Assembly: GCA_030167145.1 (NCBI GenBank)
Contig: CP126532.1
Location: 3,690,001 to 3,722,000, forward strand
Reading direction: 5' to 3'
Source: Ktedonobacterales bacterium
GTDB lineage: Bacteria; Chloroflexota; Ktedonobacteria; Ktedonobacterales; JADMIN01
Length of the DNA stretch: 32,000 nucleotides
In this document: piece after piece, positions 16,918 to 25,739 of the stretch
How positions within the stretch are numbered: position 1 is the first letter of the stretch
Layout of the letters: each line of letters starts with the position of its first letter
Position numbers and translations under genes: made by a program
Notes under the pieces: model-generated
Databases searched by the model: none
What the model was told of the DNA's origin: nothing
What the model saw: only the letters and a program-made list of their open reading frames with translations

Positions 16918-17874
16918 ATGACAACACTGCCGACAGCCGTCATCGTGGTAAATGGGTTTGGACTCCTCTTCGTGATACTGAATACCTTCGCCCTCGGCCT
17001 CAAAATTCCATTCGGGCGGCTCCTGACACACTTCCTCGCGCATTGGCAGGTTGCCGTGTTGGTCTTGGTCACCAATTTCATCGTCATCCCTCTGCTGTTC
17101 ATCGGCTATGTGCTGACGATCGCCTCCTCCATCCCTGGCCAGATCAAAGTCGGGTACTGCGTCGCGGCCCTGGCTGGAGGGATGCCGTTCGCTCCCCTCC
17201 TCGCTAGGGTAGCCAGGGCGCATGTGGGTGTCGCCACGACACTCTTGGTGGCCTTGACCGTGGGAACCATCATTGTGCTCCCGCTCGGCCTGCCCCTGGC
17301 CGTCTCGGCGGTTGACGCCAATTTGAAGGTATCCGTCTGGGATGTTGCCTGGCCGCTACTCCTGTTCCTGCTGGTCCCGCTGGTGCTGGGCTGTCTCTTT
17401 CGCCTCAGGTGGCCCGATCTGGCGCCACACGTGAGACGATGGGTGGAACCGTTTGCCATTCTCTGTCTGCTCTTGAACTTGAATTTTACGTTATATGCCT
17501 TTTGGAATCTGTTCGTGCAGACCTGGGACACGGGAAGCTATATCGCCGCCGTCGCCGATCCATTTATCGGCCTCCTGTGTGGCTACCTTCTTGTCTCAAT
17601 CTTGCGCGTCAAAGACGTGCGTATCAGGCATTCGGCAGAGATCACCACGTCGATCCGCAATATCATGGCCATGCTGCTGGTGGTCATCTTTCCCTTTGGG
17701 GCCTACCCGCTCGTGACGGTGTCAATAACCGTTCTCAACACGTTTGGCCTCCTGGTCGTGCTGGTGTTCGCCCTTGAATGGCGGCATGCTCTTTCCCCTG
17801 CAAGCGCTCGCGCCAAAACCACATCGGAAACTCCACCTGATACCGCAGTGGGTCCCACATTGGCGATGGACTAA
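16918..17874 (+). CDS. Bile acid:Na+ symporter (BASS/SBF-like) family membrane transporter
   Basis: There are about 9-10 TM helices. The N-terminal FALGLKIPFGRLL...VLVTNFIVIPLL...KVGYCVAALAGGMPFAPLLA resembles the SBF/BASS family. AAGGGGG lies upstream of ATG 16918. GC content is visibly lower than in the neighbours (~55% over the first 130 nt by hand count). Confidence 0.6.
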   Translation: MTTLPTAVIVVNGFGLLFVILNTFALGLKIPFGRLLTHFLAHWQVAVLVLVTNFIVIPLLFIGYVLTIASSIPGQIKVGYCVAALAGGMPFAPLLARVARAHVGVATTLLVALTVGTIIVLPLGLPLAVSAVDANLKVSVWDVAWPLLLFLLVPLVLGCLFRLRWPDLAPHVRRWVEPFAILCLLLNLNFTLYAFWNLFVQTWDTGSYIAAVADPFIGLLCGYLLVSILRVKDVRIRHSAEITTSIRNIMAMLLVVIFPFGAYPLVTVSITVLNTFGLLVVLVFALEWRHALSPASARAKTTSETPPDTAVGPTLAMD

Positions 17875-18044
17875 GGTATGTGCCACCTCGCGCCTCTCCC
17901 ACATACGTTTTGACACTGGATACCCCATTCTCCTCATCATCCCTGGCATGAAGTTCGCAGGCGATACCACACCGCCCTATTCACGTGTGAGCAGGGGCGC
18001 ATGCCAGCCACAACCATGCGGACACCATATCCGGGGAGGCCGTC

Positions 18045-19310
18045 ATGATTACCGTCGCTTCATTTGCCAGCCTGGAGATCATCGCGGTCGTTGCCTTCGC
18101 CATTCCGCTGCTGATGGACGTATTGCACATTCGCATGCTGCCGCTGGTGGTGGTCGAGATCGTTGCTGGCATTGTCATCGGCCCCTATGGTCTGCACTGG
18201 GTCACGTCCGATGCCGCAGTTCAGATCTTCTCATCTATCGGCCTCGCATTCTTGCTGTTCCTGGCTGGCATAGAGGTAAACATCAGGAAGCTGCGAGGGC
18301 CAATACTCAAGTTGGCGGGCAGCGCATACCTGCTCACCATCGTTCTGTCGTTCCTGGCGGCCATCATGCTGGGCGCCCTACGCCTGGTGATTGACGCGCC
18401 GTTCATCGCCGTGATCCTCACCGCGAGCGCGCTGGGCGTGGTGTTGCCGCCGCTGAAGGCGACAGGGCTGACAACCTCGCGCTTCGGTCAGGTGGTCATC
18501 ATGGGGGCGTCACTGGGCGAATTCGGCGCGATTCTGCTGCTCTCCGCGCTATTTTCCAGCGTCAGCCTGAGCCAACCTTCGCGGCTGCTGCTGCTCGCCG
18601 GATTTGTTGTGGCGGCGGTGATCGTCTATACCATCGTCCTGCATGCCGACCAATCCAAAAGCATCACCGCGCTGCTGGTGCGCTTGCAAGATTCCACCGC
18701 GCAGGTGCGGATACGTGGGGCGTGGGTATTTCTGGCGGCGTTCGTCGTGCTGGCGCAGGCGCTGGGGCAGACGGCGATTCTCGGCGCGTTCATCGCGGGC
18801 ATGCTCATCCGCGTCCTCGACCCAGATGAGACCACCCGCCATCCAGAGTTTCGCCGCAATCTCGATGCCGTTGGCTATGGCGTCTTCATCCCAGTGTTCT
18901 TCATCGCCACGGGCGTAGAGTTCGATTTACCCGCGCTACTGACCAGCACGCGCGCGCTGACGCTGGTGCCGGTGATACTGCTCTTGCTGCTGGTGGCGCA
19001 CGGCCTGCCCGCGTTGCTCTACCGGCGCATACTGAGCCAGCGCCAGACTATCGCCGCCGGGCTATTCCAGGCCACCTCGCTCACCTTCATCCTTGCCGCC
19101 ACACAGATTGGTCTGGCTCAGGGATTCATCCGGCCTTCGACCAGCGCGGCGCTGATCGCGGCGGGCATGCTCTCGATCCTGATCTTCCCGCTGGTGGCGT
19201 TGACCATCGTCAACCGTGAGCGGAGCGCAACGCTTACCGCCGAAGGGATGCCCAACGAAGAAGCCTCAACTGGAGGACAACCACAAGCCCCCCATGCGGC
19301 TGCGACCTGA
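18045..19310 (+). CDS. Cation:proton antiporter (CPA2 / Na+/H+ exchanger family), membrane domain only with no KTN domain
   Basis: The N-terminus LEIIAVVAFAIPLLMDVLHIRMLPLVVVEIVAGIVIGPYGL, together with LLFLAGIEV and GEFG, is typical of the Na_H_Exchanger fold. GGGGAGG lies 5 nt upstream of ATG 18045. Confidence 0.85.
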   Translation: MITVASFASLEIIAVVAFAIPLLMDVLHIRMLPLVVVEIVAGIVIGPYGLHWVTSDAAVQIFSSIGLAFLLFLAGIEVNIRKLRGPILKLAGSAYLLTIVLSFLAAIMLGALRLVIDAPFIAVILTASALGVVLPPLKATGLTTSRFGQVVIMGASLGEFGAILLLSALFSSVSLSQPSRLLLLAGFVVAAVIVYTIVLHADQSKSITALLVRLQDSTAQVRIRGAWVFLAAFVVLAQALGQTAILGAFIAGMLIRVLDPDETTRHPEFRRNLDAVGYGVFIPVFFIATGVEFDLPALLTSTRALTLVPVILLLLLVAHGLPALLYRRILSQRQTIAAGLFQATSLTFILAATQIGLAQGFIRPSTSAALIAAGMLSILIFPLVALTIVNRERSATLTAEGMPNEEASTGGQPQAPHAAAT

Positions 19311-19333
19311 GCGCGCAGCGTGGGGGGCTTGTG
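19282..19333. terminator. Stem-loop between convergent genes (13-bp perfect stem), possibly a bidirectional terminator
   Basis: cacaagcccccca (19282-19294) pairs with tggggggcttgtg (19321-19333) across a 26-nt loop. The loop contains the antiporter TGA stop at 19308-19310. There is no clear U-tract on either side. Confidence 0.3.
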
Positions 19334-19371
19334 AAGTGAGCGAAATGAGCGAATAGGGTGATCGCCAGCGG

Positions 19372-20316
19372 CTATCCCGCCGTCGCTGGCGCGGTGACGA
19401 CGATATCATTGACGACGCCGCGCACCCCTGGAATCGCCTTGGCGATGTCTTCGGCCTGGTAGCGCGTCTTCGCATCCGGCGCTTCGCCGCGCAGAATCAC
19501 CAGCGCATGCTCAGTCAGCACGATGATCGAGTCCAGCCCTTTGGCCGCCAGCGCCTGCTCCACGAGCGGCTGCAACCCTTCGAGATACAGCAGATGATCG
19601 GCCACTTCGACGACGCCAGGCGCGGCCAGCAATGCTGCGGTCGCCTGCTCACCAGTGGTGAAGAACTCGGCCTTGCCGTGCATTGAGACCCGCCCCGACT
19701 CCACCTCCAGCGTGATGTCGCGCGGGGGATTCTCGCCATAGGTGAAGCGCCGCGAGCCGTAGACATCCTCATCGAGCGCGCGCTCGGCGTCACGCTCGAT
19801 GAGGATGTCGGGCAGGTATGCAGGCAATGCTGCGTATGCGCCCGGTGTAATGCGCAGGTCAAGCTGCGCCTCGGCGCGGTCCCCGTGCTCTACATATTCG
19901 CCGATCACCATCTCATCCAGTGGCGCCACCACCGGACGCCGCGGACCTAGCCCCGTGCCCGGCAGCGCGGCGACGACGATGTGCGTGGCGAATTCGACGC
20001 CCTTATTCTCCGCATTCACCACCCGCACGCCCAGCAGTTCCACCTCCGCGCGCCCGCGTTTGCCCTCGCTAAGCAACCCCAGCACAGTGCGGCGGGTCAT
20101 GACCATCGCTGGCTCGCTGGCGCCGTCGCGGCTAACTGGCTCATCGCCGCACTCCGCGCGCCAGCCTGCTTCGCCTGGATACAGGCGCACGGACAGACAT
20201 ACCCCATGCTTGGGGCCTTCGAGAGGCTTGACGGTGGGGGGCCAGTGCTCCACCTCTTCTTGACCGCGCGCTTTCCGCAGAAAGAGATAGCGCACGGAAC
20301 CGCTGATGACGGGCAT
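19372..20316 (-). CDS. Double BON-domain protein with an uncharacterised ~170-aa N-terminal region
   Basis: Two BON-like units are present. The first is DITLEVESGRVSMHGKAEFFTTGEQATAALLAAPGVVEVADHL. The second is IIVLTEHALVILRGEAPDAKTRYQAEDIAKAIPGVRGVVNDIVV. I trimmed the start to ATG 20316, with GGAG 6 nt upstream. No signal peptide is evident. Confidence 0.7.
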   Translation of the reverse strand: MPVISGSVRYLFLRKARGQEEVEHWPPTVKPLEGPKHGVCLSVRLYPGEAGWRAECGDEPVSRDGASEPAMVMTRRTVLGLLSEGKRGRAEVELLGVRVVNAENKGVEFATHIVVAALPGTGLGPRRPVVAPLDEMVIGEYVEHGDRAEAQLDLRITPGAYAALPAYLPDILIERDAERALDEDVYGSRRFTYGENPPRDITLEVESGRVSMHGKAEFFTTGEQATAALLAAPGVVEVADHLLYLEGLQPLVEQALAAKGLDSIIVLTEHALVILRGEAPDAKTRYQAEDIAKAIPGVRGVVNDIVVTAPATAG

Positions 20317-20418
20317 AAGCTGCTCCAACTTCTTCGGGGCCACACACGGCCCGTATTCTATCGTATTCTAGCGCAGCAGAGCGCAGAGACGCTACCAGAC
20401 ATTCGGCCTATACGATCG

Positions 20419-21168
20419 CTACGCGGGCCGCCTCGCGAGCAGTGAAATCCAGCTATGCAACCCCGGTCGCCCATCCGCTCTGACCGCCATCTCACGCACC
20501 TCCAGCCCGGCCTGCTCCAGCAGCGCTCGTGCCTCTTCCGGCGTATAGTATGCGAAGAAACGCGGCATTTCCACGTCATCGGCCAGCGGATACGGCGTCA
20601 TCTCTTCCGCAACTTCGCTCTCCTGCTGCTTCACGAAGACCACCAGCGGTCCACCGCGCCGTGTGACCCGCGCCAGTTCAGCAACGGCGCGCGGCGTCAT
20701 GCGCTTGGGCAGGTGCAGCAGCGAGGCCGAACACCACACGCCCCGGCAACTTGCGTCCGGCAGATCCAACCGCCGCAGATCCATCAGCGCATAGCGCACG
20801 GAGCCTTTTGGCAGCCGCCGCGCCGTGCGTTCGCCCGCTTCATCCAGCATGCCCTGTGAGAGATCTACGCCCAGCACCGGCAGCCCGTAGCCCGCCAGCG
20901 CTCGCACGTCGCGCCCCGTTCCACAGCCGGCATCCAGCACGGGCATGAACTGGAGATATTCTTCGAGCGTGATGTCATCGCCGGGGCGTCCGAGCTGCGG
21001 TATCGGTGCGTCGCGCTCTGCCTCGGCCAGCAGGTCAACGAACTGCTCCATCCGCTCGATCCAGTGCGGAGGCAACGTATCTCTGCGCTCGGCGTAGTCG
21101 CGGGCGGCGCGGTCATACGTGGCGATGGTCATCTCCACGGCCTGCGCGAATTGCCTTGGGTCGCTCAT
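20419..21168 (-). CDS. Class I SAM-dependent methyltransferase
   Basis: Motif I is VLDAGCGTGRDVRAL, post-I is VLGVDLS, and motif II/III is VWCSASLLHLP...GGPLVV. Start ATG 21168 follows GGAGG with 7-nt spacing. Confidence 0.85.
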   Translation of the reverse strand: MSDPRQFAQAVEMTIATYDRAARDYAERRDTLPPHWIERMEQFVDLLAEAERDAPIPQLGRPGDDITLEEYLQFMPVLDAGCGTGRDVRALAGYGLPVLGVDLSQGMLDEAGERTARRLPKGSVRYALMDLRRLDLPDASCRGVWCSASLLHLPKRMTPRAVAELARVTRRGGPLVVFVKQQESEVAEEMTPYPLADDVEMPRFFAYYTPEEARALLEQAGLEVREMAVRADGRPGLHSWISLLARRPA

Positions 21169-21309
21169 CCGTCCGCCTCCCGTGGGGTGGGTCGCCTCCC
21201 TGGTCCAGCGACCCACGTCTGGTGCTCGTCATTTCCACCACCATCACTCTACACGAGCCGTCCCCACCACGCAAGCGCATGTTCCTGGCTCTGTATGCCG
21301 CGCGCTGAA

Positions 21310-22836
21310 TTAACTCGCTCGCGTCTCGTTCAACTCAAGCCGATAGAAGTTGAGCGGCGCGAGCGGTGGCGGCGGCTTGACCAGTGGTTCCTCCCAATAG
21401 ATCGGCTTGATGAACCCATCGCCACGTCCGAGTTGCACCGCATGCTCCCACTCCTCTTGCACGTTCGGGGAAGTAGCAGCGTGCGCCGACCAGAAGAGTT
21501 GGAAAATATCACAGTCTTCGATCAGGCGCATCAGCGCGGGATGCCACGGCTCGCCCGGAATCAGCGTATCGCGGTCGCGCAGGATCGTCAGCCCAAGGCC
21601 CCGATACAGATTGCGCGCGGCAAGCACGACTGGTGCATCTTCGTGGCTGTAGGACATAAAGATGCGGGTGTGGGGAGCGGCCTGGGCGATACCCTCGTTG
21701 CCGCTTCCTATCAGTAGCGTCTCACCGTCCTCCAGGCAGAGCAATGGCACGATGATAGTCGCGATATTGATCAGATCCAGGAAGATCGCGACCTTCGCCT
21801 CAACGGCTCGTCCCGCGAACTCAGGCTGCACGCGGAAGCGAAAATCAGCGCGGTGCCAGTCTTCCAGCCAGATGAATGACTGTCGCTTGGGATTAAATGT
21901 GATGCCGTTTCCTTCCGCGACGATGGTGATGCTCGCGCCACGCGCGGTCGGCATCAGCGCATCAACTGGCTTGCGAAGTGCCAAGCCGCCAGATTTGGGC
22001 TGCTGGCGGACAGCGTCGAACTTGACTGCGGCAAGAGCAGTGGCGATATGCGTATAGACCAGGAGTGAGTTCCATGTTCCCGCGCCAACTTCTTTCGGGT
22101 AGACGGCGGTGAACTGCAACCGTACGAGGTGGCTGCTCTCGGATTGCGGCTGAGACTGCGGCACCGCATCGGTCGCACGTTCTTCAGTCTCTCCGGCGCC
22201 TGGCGCCTCCGCGTCGCGATGGATGACGCCACCACCACTACTACCCGCACGCGCTGGCAGGCGCTCTGGCTCGCCGGCCCAGCCTCCTCCGATAGACGAC
22301 GTTGCACCGCGCTCGATACCAGGGGTTACACCCCCGGTTACGGATCCCAGTTCGTGCGCGATACCACCGCCAATACCCCCGATGAGGGATCCCACACCGC
22401 GCTCAACGCCTCCTATAATGCCCTCGGTGGACCGTCCAATTCTGCCCGCGTCCTCTTGCGCCAATCTGCCCAGTATGCCGGCTTCACGTAGCGCCACCGC
22501 TCCGAGCTTCTCGATTTCGTCCACCGCCTCTCCGCTGAGCTTCTCGCTTGCCATGGTCGTATACTCGACTGCTTCGCTGAGGCCGCGCAGGCCGCTGCTC
22601 AGGCCCACCGGAATCGCGACGGTATAGCCTGCCACAATCGCGAGAAACACGGCGGCGATATGCGTCCAGCCCGACGATTCCACGTGCAAATAGAAGATGG
22701 CAACTGCTTCGGTCGCCGCCGCCGTGACGATACCCGTCAGAACGCCCGCGATAACCGCGCGGCGCAAACCACGCCTGAACCACACGAGCATTTCTTGTGT
22801 TGCCGCCAAGAACATCACCAATACCCGCTCACTCAT
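21310..22836 (-). CDS. Membrane-anchored TIR-domain protein (2 TM, Gly-rich repeats, beta-rich middle domain, C-terminal TIR)
   Basis: The C-terminus reads RIFMSYSHEDAPVVLAARNLYRGLGLTILRDRDTLIPGEPWHPALMRLIEDCDIFQLFWSAHAATSPNVQEEWEHAV. This fits the TIR_2-type pattern, including the conserved Glu position. The N-terminal helices are AVIAGVLTGIVTAAATEAVAIFYL and WTHIAAVFLAIVAGYTVAIPVGL. The Gly-rich duplication is GVERGVGSLIGGIGGG / GIERGATSSIGGGWAG. Start ATG 22836 follows GAGGGTGG with 8-nt spacing. Confidence 0.8.
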   Translation of the reverse strand: MSERVLVMFLAATQEMLVWFRRGLRRAVIAGVLTGIVTAAATEAVAIFYLHVESSGWTHIAAVFLAIVAGYTVAIPVGLSSGLRGLSEAVEYTTMASEKLSGEAVDEIEKLGAVALREAGILGRLAQEDAGRIGRSTEGIIGGVERGVGSLIGGIGGGIAHELGSVTGGVTPGIERGATSSIGGGWAGEPERLPARAGSSGGGVIHRDAEAPGAGETEERATDAVPQSQPQSESSHLVRLQFTAVYPKEVGAGTWNSLLVYTHIATALAAVKFDAVRQQPKSGGLALRKPVDALMPTARGASITIVAEGNGITFNPKRQSFIWLEDWHRADFRFRVQPEFAGRAVEAKVAIFLDLINIATIIVPLLCLEDGETLLIGSGNEGIAQAAPHTRIFMSYSHEDAPVVLAARNLYRGLGLTILRDRDTLIPGEPWHPALMRLIEDCDIFQLFWSAHAATSPNVQEEWEHAVQLGRGDGFIKPIYWEEPLVKPPPPLAPLNFYRLELNETRAS

Positions 22837-23136
22837 GCGCGCTACCACCCTCGTATATGATGACTTTCCGCGCTACTCGCTACCCACAACCCATAGCCCA
22901 CGCCGCCTATCGCGTGCTGGTCCGCGCAACCGTGGCACAAGCATAGAGCGATTCAGTATTGCAGTCAAGGCGCGCTACTCCATTACGCTGAATCGTGCTC
23001 AATCCTTCAACCTGCCCTTGTGGAAAGGGCTAGGTGTGAGCGTACCATAGCCGGAGCGGCGGGCGATGTGGCCCCAATGTTGCTCACCAGCGGACATGTT
23101 CGCGCACAGCCCCGATGCGAGAGAATGGAGATCAGC

Positions 23137-23853
23137 ATGACCATTCCGCACTGGCTGACGATGGCCATCGAAACCTATGGCTATTGGGCCATCCTCTGCG
23201 CGGTGATGATCGAAAGTACCGGCGTGCCGTTCCCCGGCGAAACCGCCCTGCTGGCGGGCGCGATCTACGCCGGGGCCACCGACCGCATCAGTATCGCGGG
23301 CGTCATCGCAGCGGCGGCGGTAGGCGCGATCATCGGCGACAACTTCGGCTATGCCATTGGGCGCTATGGTGGCTACCCGCTGATCCGCAAGATCATCAGC
23401 ATTCTGCACATAGATAGCCGTACCCTGACGTATGCGCAACGCTTCTTCGACCTGCACGGCGACAAAACCGTCTTCATCGGACGATTCTTCGCGCTGCTGC
23501 GCACCTGGGCCGCGCTGCTCGCCGGGGTGAATCAAATGCGCTGGCGCAGATTCCTCTTCTGGAATGCCCTTGGCGGTATCATCTGGGCGTTCGTGTTTGG
23601 ACTGCTCGGCTATTTCCTTGGCAACAATATCAACCTGCTCGACGACGTGTTGCGCATCTTCGGCATTGGCGGCATCATTGGCTTCATCGCCTTTGCCATC
23701 ATCGTCATCATCCTCTGGTTGCGCTATCGCCGCCGCGATGAAGAGCGCAAGCTGGCCGCAATCGCGGAATCCCCTGATACTACCATTGCCCCCACCACTG
23801 AGGACCGCAACGCTGAGGACCGCCAGCCAGAGCCAGGGAAATCCGACGACTAG
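23137..23853 (+). CDS. DedA-family (SNARE-associated / VTT domain) membrane protein
   Basis: The sequence YGYWAILCAVMIESTGVPFPGETALLAGAIYAG...GAIIGDNFGYAIGRYGG...FIGRFFALLRTWAALLAG is the canonical DedA signature. Start ATG 23137 has GGAG 6 nt upstream. An alternative ATG lies at 23125. Confidence 0.85.
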   Translation: MTIPHWLTMAIETYGYWAILCAVMIESTGVPFPGETALLAGAIYAGATDRISIAGVIAAAAVGAIIGDNFGYAIGRYGGYPLIRKIISILHIDSRTLTYAQRFFDLHGDKTVFIGRFFALLRTWAALLAGVNQMRWRRFLFWNALGGIIWAFVFGLLGYFLGNNINLLDDVLRIFGIGGIIGFIAFAIIVIILWLRYRRRDEERKLAAIAESPDTTIAPTTEDRNAEDRQPEPGKSDD

Positions 23854-24047
23854 CCCTCGCGCACAGATGCGCCACACAGACCACACCAGCAGGACGCAAT
23901 GCGTGCCCCTGGCCAGTTCGTCCGCCTCCCCACCCATATCGCGCGACTGTAGGCATAGCTCTTGCCAAAAACTCACGCGCCACTTCTATGCGGTGGCCGC
24001 GCTCAGCTTGCCGCAAGACTGGCATGACTCAGCGGGAGGGTAGCGCT

Positions 24048-25646
24048 ATGGCAGCGGGTTACGCAGCGTCCCCAGGTGAAGGGTTGCCTAGAGAACAGGC
24101 AGCGCCGCAGACCGCGCGTGGCCTGCAACATCGTAAAGCGCTTGTGGCGTGCTGCTTGATTGGACTGGCTCAGGCCACCGGGCCAACGATCTCGACGCTG
24201 CTGCCGCCGACGACTCCCTCTGTCTTCAGCCTCGCCCAAACCGAGCGCCAGGTGCTCACCAACATCGGCGTGCTGCTCTTCGTGCTCTTCGTGCTCGGCG
24301 GCGGCGCGCTGGGCGACCTCTTCGGGCGCAAACGTGTTTTTATGATCGGCGCGATTGGCTTCGTCATCGTCAATGCGGTCTCCGCGTTCTCCCTGAACAT
24401 CCCGATGTTCGTGACGCTGCGCCTGCTGGCTGGTGTCTTCGGCGCACTGATCGCTGCGCTAGCCCTCGCCGTGATCCGCACGACATTCCATCCGCACGAG
24501 TTGCCGATTGCGCTCGGCGTCTACACAGGCCTCTTTGGCGTGGGACAGATGGTGAACCCGCTGCTCACCCAGCTTGTCCGGGGGATATTTGACGTGCGCG
24601 TGACCTTCGTACTGCCCGTCGTCCTTGGCCTAGCAGGCATCTATGTCGCTCGTGGGCATGTCCATGAAAGTATCGCTTCTGGCGGTCGCGGGCGAAACGA
24701 TGCCATCAGCACGGTAGCCTGGGCAGCGGTGTTGCTGGCGCTCGTCTTTGGTATCACTGACATCGGCAACGGCGCCTACGACGCCTACGTTTCGTACTCT
24801 ATCTACGTCGCGCTGGGCGTCGGCGTCGTCGGTCTCCTTACACTGACGTGGCTGGCGATCACCACGCACGGCCAGGCGTTGGGCGGCGCGCTGCCCAACA
24901 AACGTGCGCTCACCATCGCGGTCGTCGCTGGCGTCATTATTGCGCTTGTCTTCTCCGGCATCCTAATCCAATTCGTCAACTTCTTCCTCACGATCCAGCA
25001 TCGCAGGCCGCTGCTGATGGTGCTCTCGATTGCGCCCGTTGCTCCTGGGCTGCTGCTCGGCGGCCTGCTCGTCTCGCGCTTCGCCAACCGGGTTGGCGCG
25101 CGCACCCTCATCAGCGGTGGTCTGGTTATCATGGGGTTATCTTCAGCGGCGCTGTCATTTATCACGCCTGACATCTCCTATGTGTGGCTATGGTTGCCGA
25201 TTTTCTTTCTTGGCCTCGGCTTCAACCTCGCCAACACGAGCGTGATTGATACGCTCCTCGGCCTCGTCTCGCGCGATCTGGCGGGCGCGGCGGCGGGCAT
25301 CACCGAATCAGTCGGGCGGATTGGTGGTGCGCTTGGTCCCGCCGTCACTGGTGCGTTGCTGCTGCGCCTGGCCGCCTCGCCAGCCCGTCAGCGCCTTGAG
25401 AATGCCGGACTCACCAGCGAACAGATTAAGAGTGCAGTAAAGGCGCTCAACGAAGTTCTGCAAAATACCGAGATCACCGTCCCGCAAGCTTCGCAAGCTA
25501 TTCTCGACAGATTGGTAGCAGGCTACCGCGAATACTATGCTACCGGCCTTGGGCAGGCGCTGCTTATCGGCGCCGCGATCTGCCTGATCTGCGCGGCGCT
25601 GGTGCGCTTCGGCATGCCCAAGCATACCTCCGCGCCAGAAAAATGA
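24048..25646 (+). CDS. MFS transporter (DHA2-like, probably 14 TM drug/H+ antiporter type)
   Basis: The MFS motif A-like sequence is GGALGDLFGRKRVFMIGAIGF. There are many TM helices. A soluble insertion lies before the last helix (ENAGLTSEQIKSAVKALNEVL...). GGGAGGG lies 7 nt upstream of ATG 24048. Confidence 0.85.
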   Translation: MAAGYAASPGEGLPREQAAPQTARGLQHRKALVACCLIGLAQATGPTISTLLPPTTPSVFSLAQTERQVLTNIGVLLFVLFVLGGGALGDLFGRKRVFMIGAIGFVIVNAVSAFSLNIPMFVTLRLLAGVFGALIAALALAVIRTTFHPHELPIALGVYTGLFGVGQMVNPLLTQLVRGIFDVRVTFVLPVVLGLAGIYVARGHVHESIASGGRGRNDAISTVAWAAVLLALVFGITDIGNGAYDAYVSYSIYVALGVGVVGLLTLTWLAITTHGQALGGALPNKRALTIAVVAGVIIALVFSGILIQFVNFFLTIQHRRPLLMVLSIAPVAPGLLLGGLLVSRFANRVGARTLISGGLVIMGLSSAALSFITPDISYVWLWLPIFFLGLGFNLANTSVIDTLLGLVSRDLAGAAAGITESVGRIGGALGPAVTGALLLRLAASPARQRLENAGLTSEQIKSAVKALNEVLQNTEITVPQASQAILDRLVAGYREYYATGLGQALLIGAAICLICAALVRFGMPKHTSAPEK

Positions 25647-25739
25647 GATTCTTGCCCGCCACAAAAAATTCGCGTAACGTTTTCCCCTCTTCGCGCGATT
25701 CGTGTATGCTGATACACACGTAGCGGAGTGGGGGATGCG

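Noticed and set aside
16507-17223. The 238-aa minus-strand ORF
   Set aside because: It is antisense to the start of the BASS-like transporter and to the IS relic. The composition is highly charged and Cys-containing, with no recognisable domain.
23006-23031. A small hairpin (cctgccctt gtgga aagggctagg) in the TIR/DedA divergent intergenic region
   Set aside because: The stem is short (6 bp, plus 3 bp after a bulge). A structure like this is expected by chance in GC-rich DNA, and nothing ties it to a function.
22999-23976. The 325-aa minus-strand ORF
   Set aside because: It is antisense to the DedA gene, whose plus-strand frame carries the canonical DedA signature.
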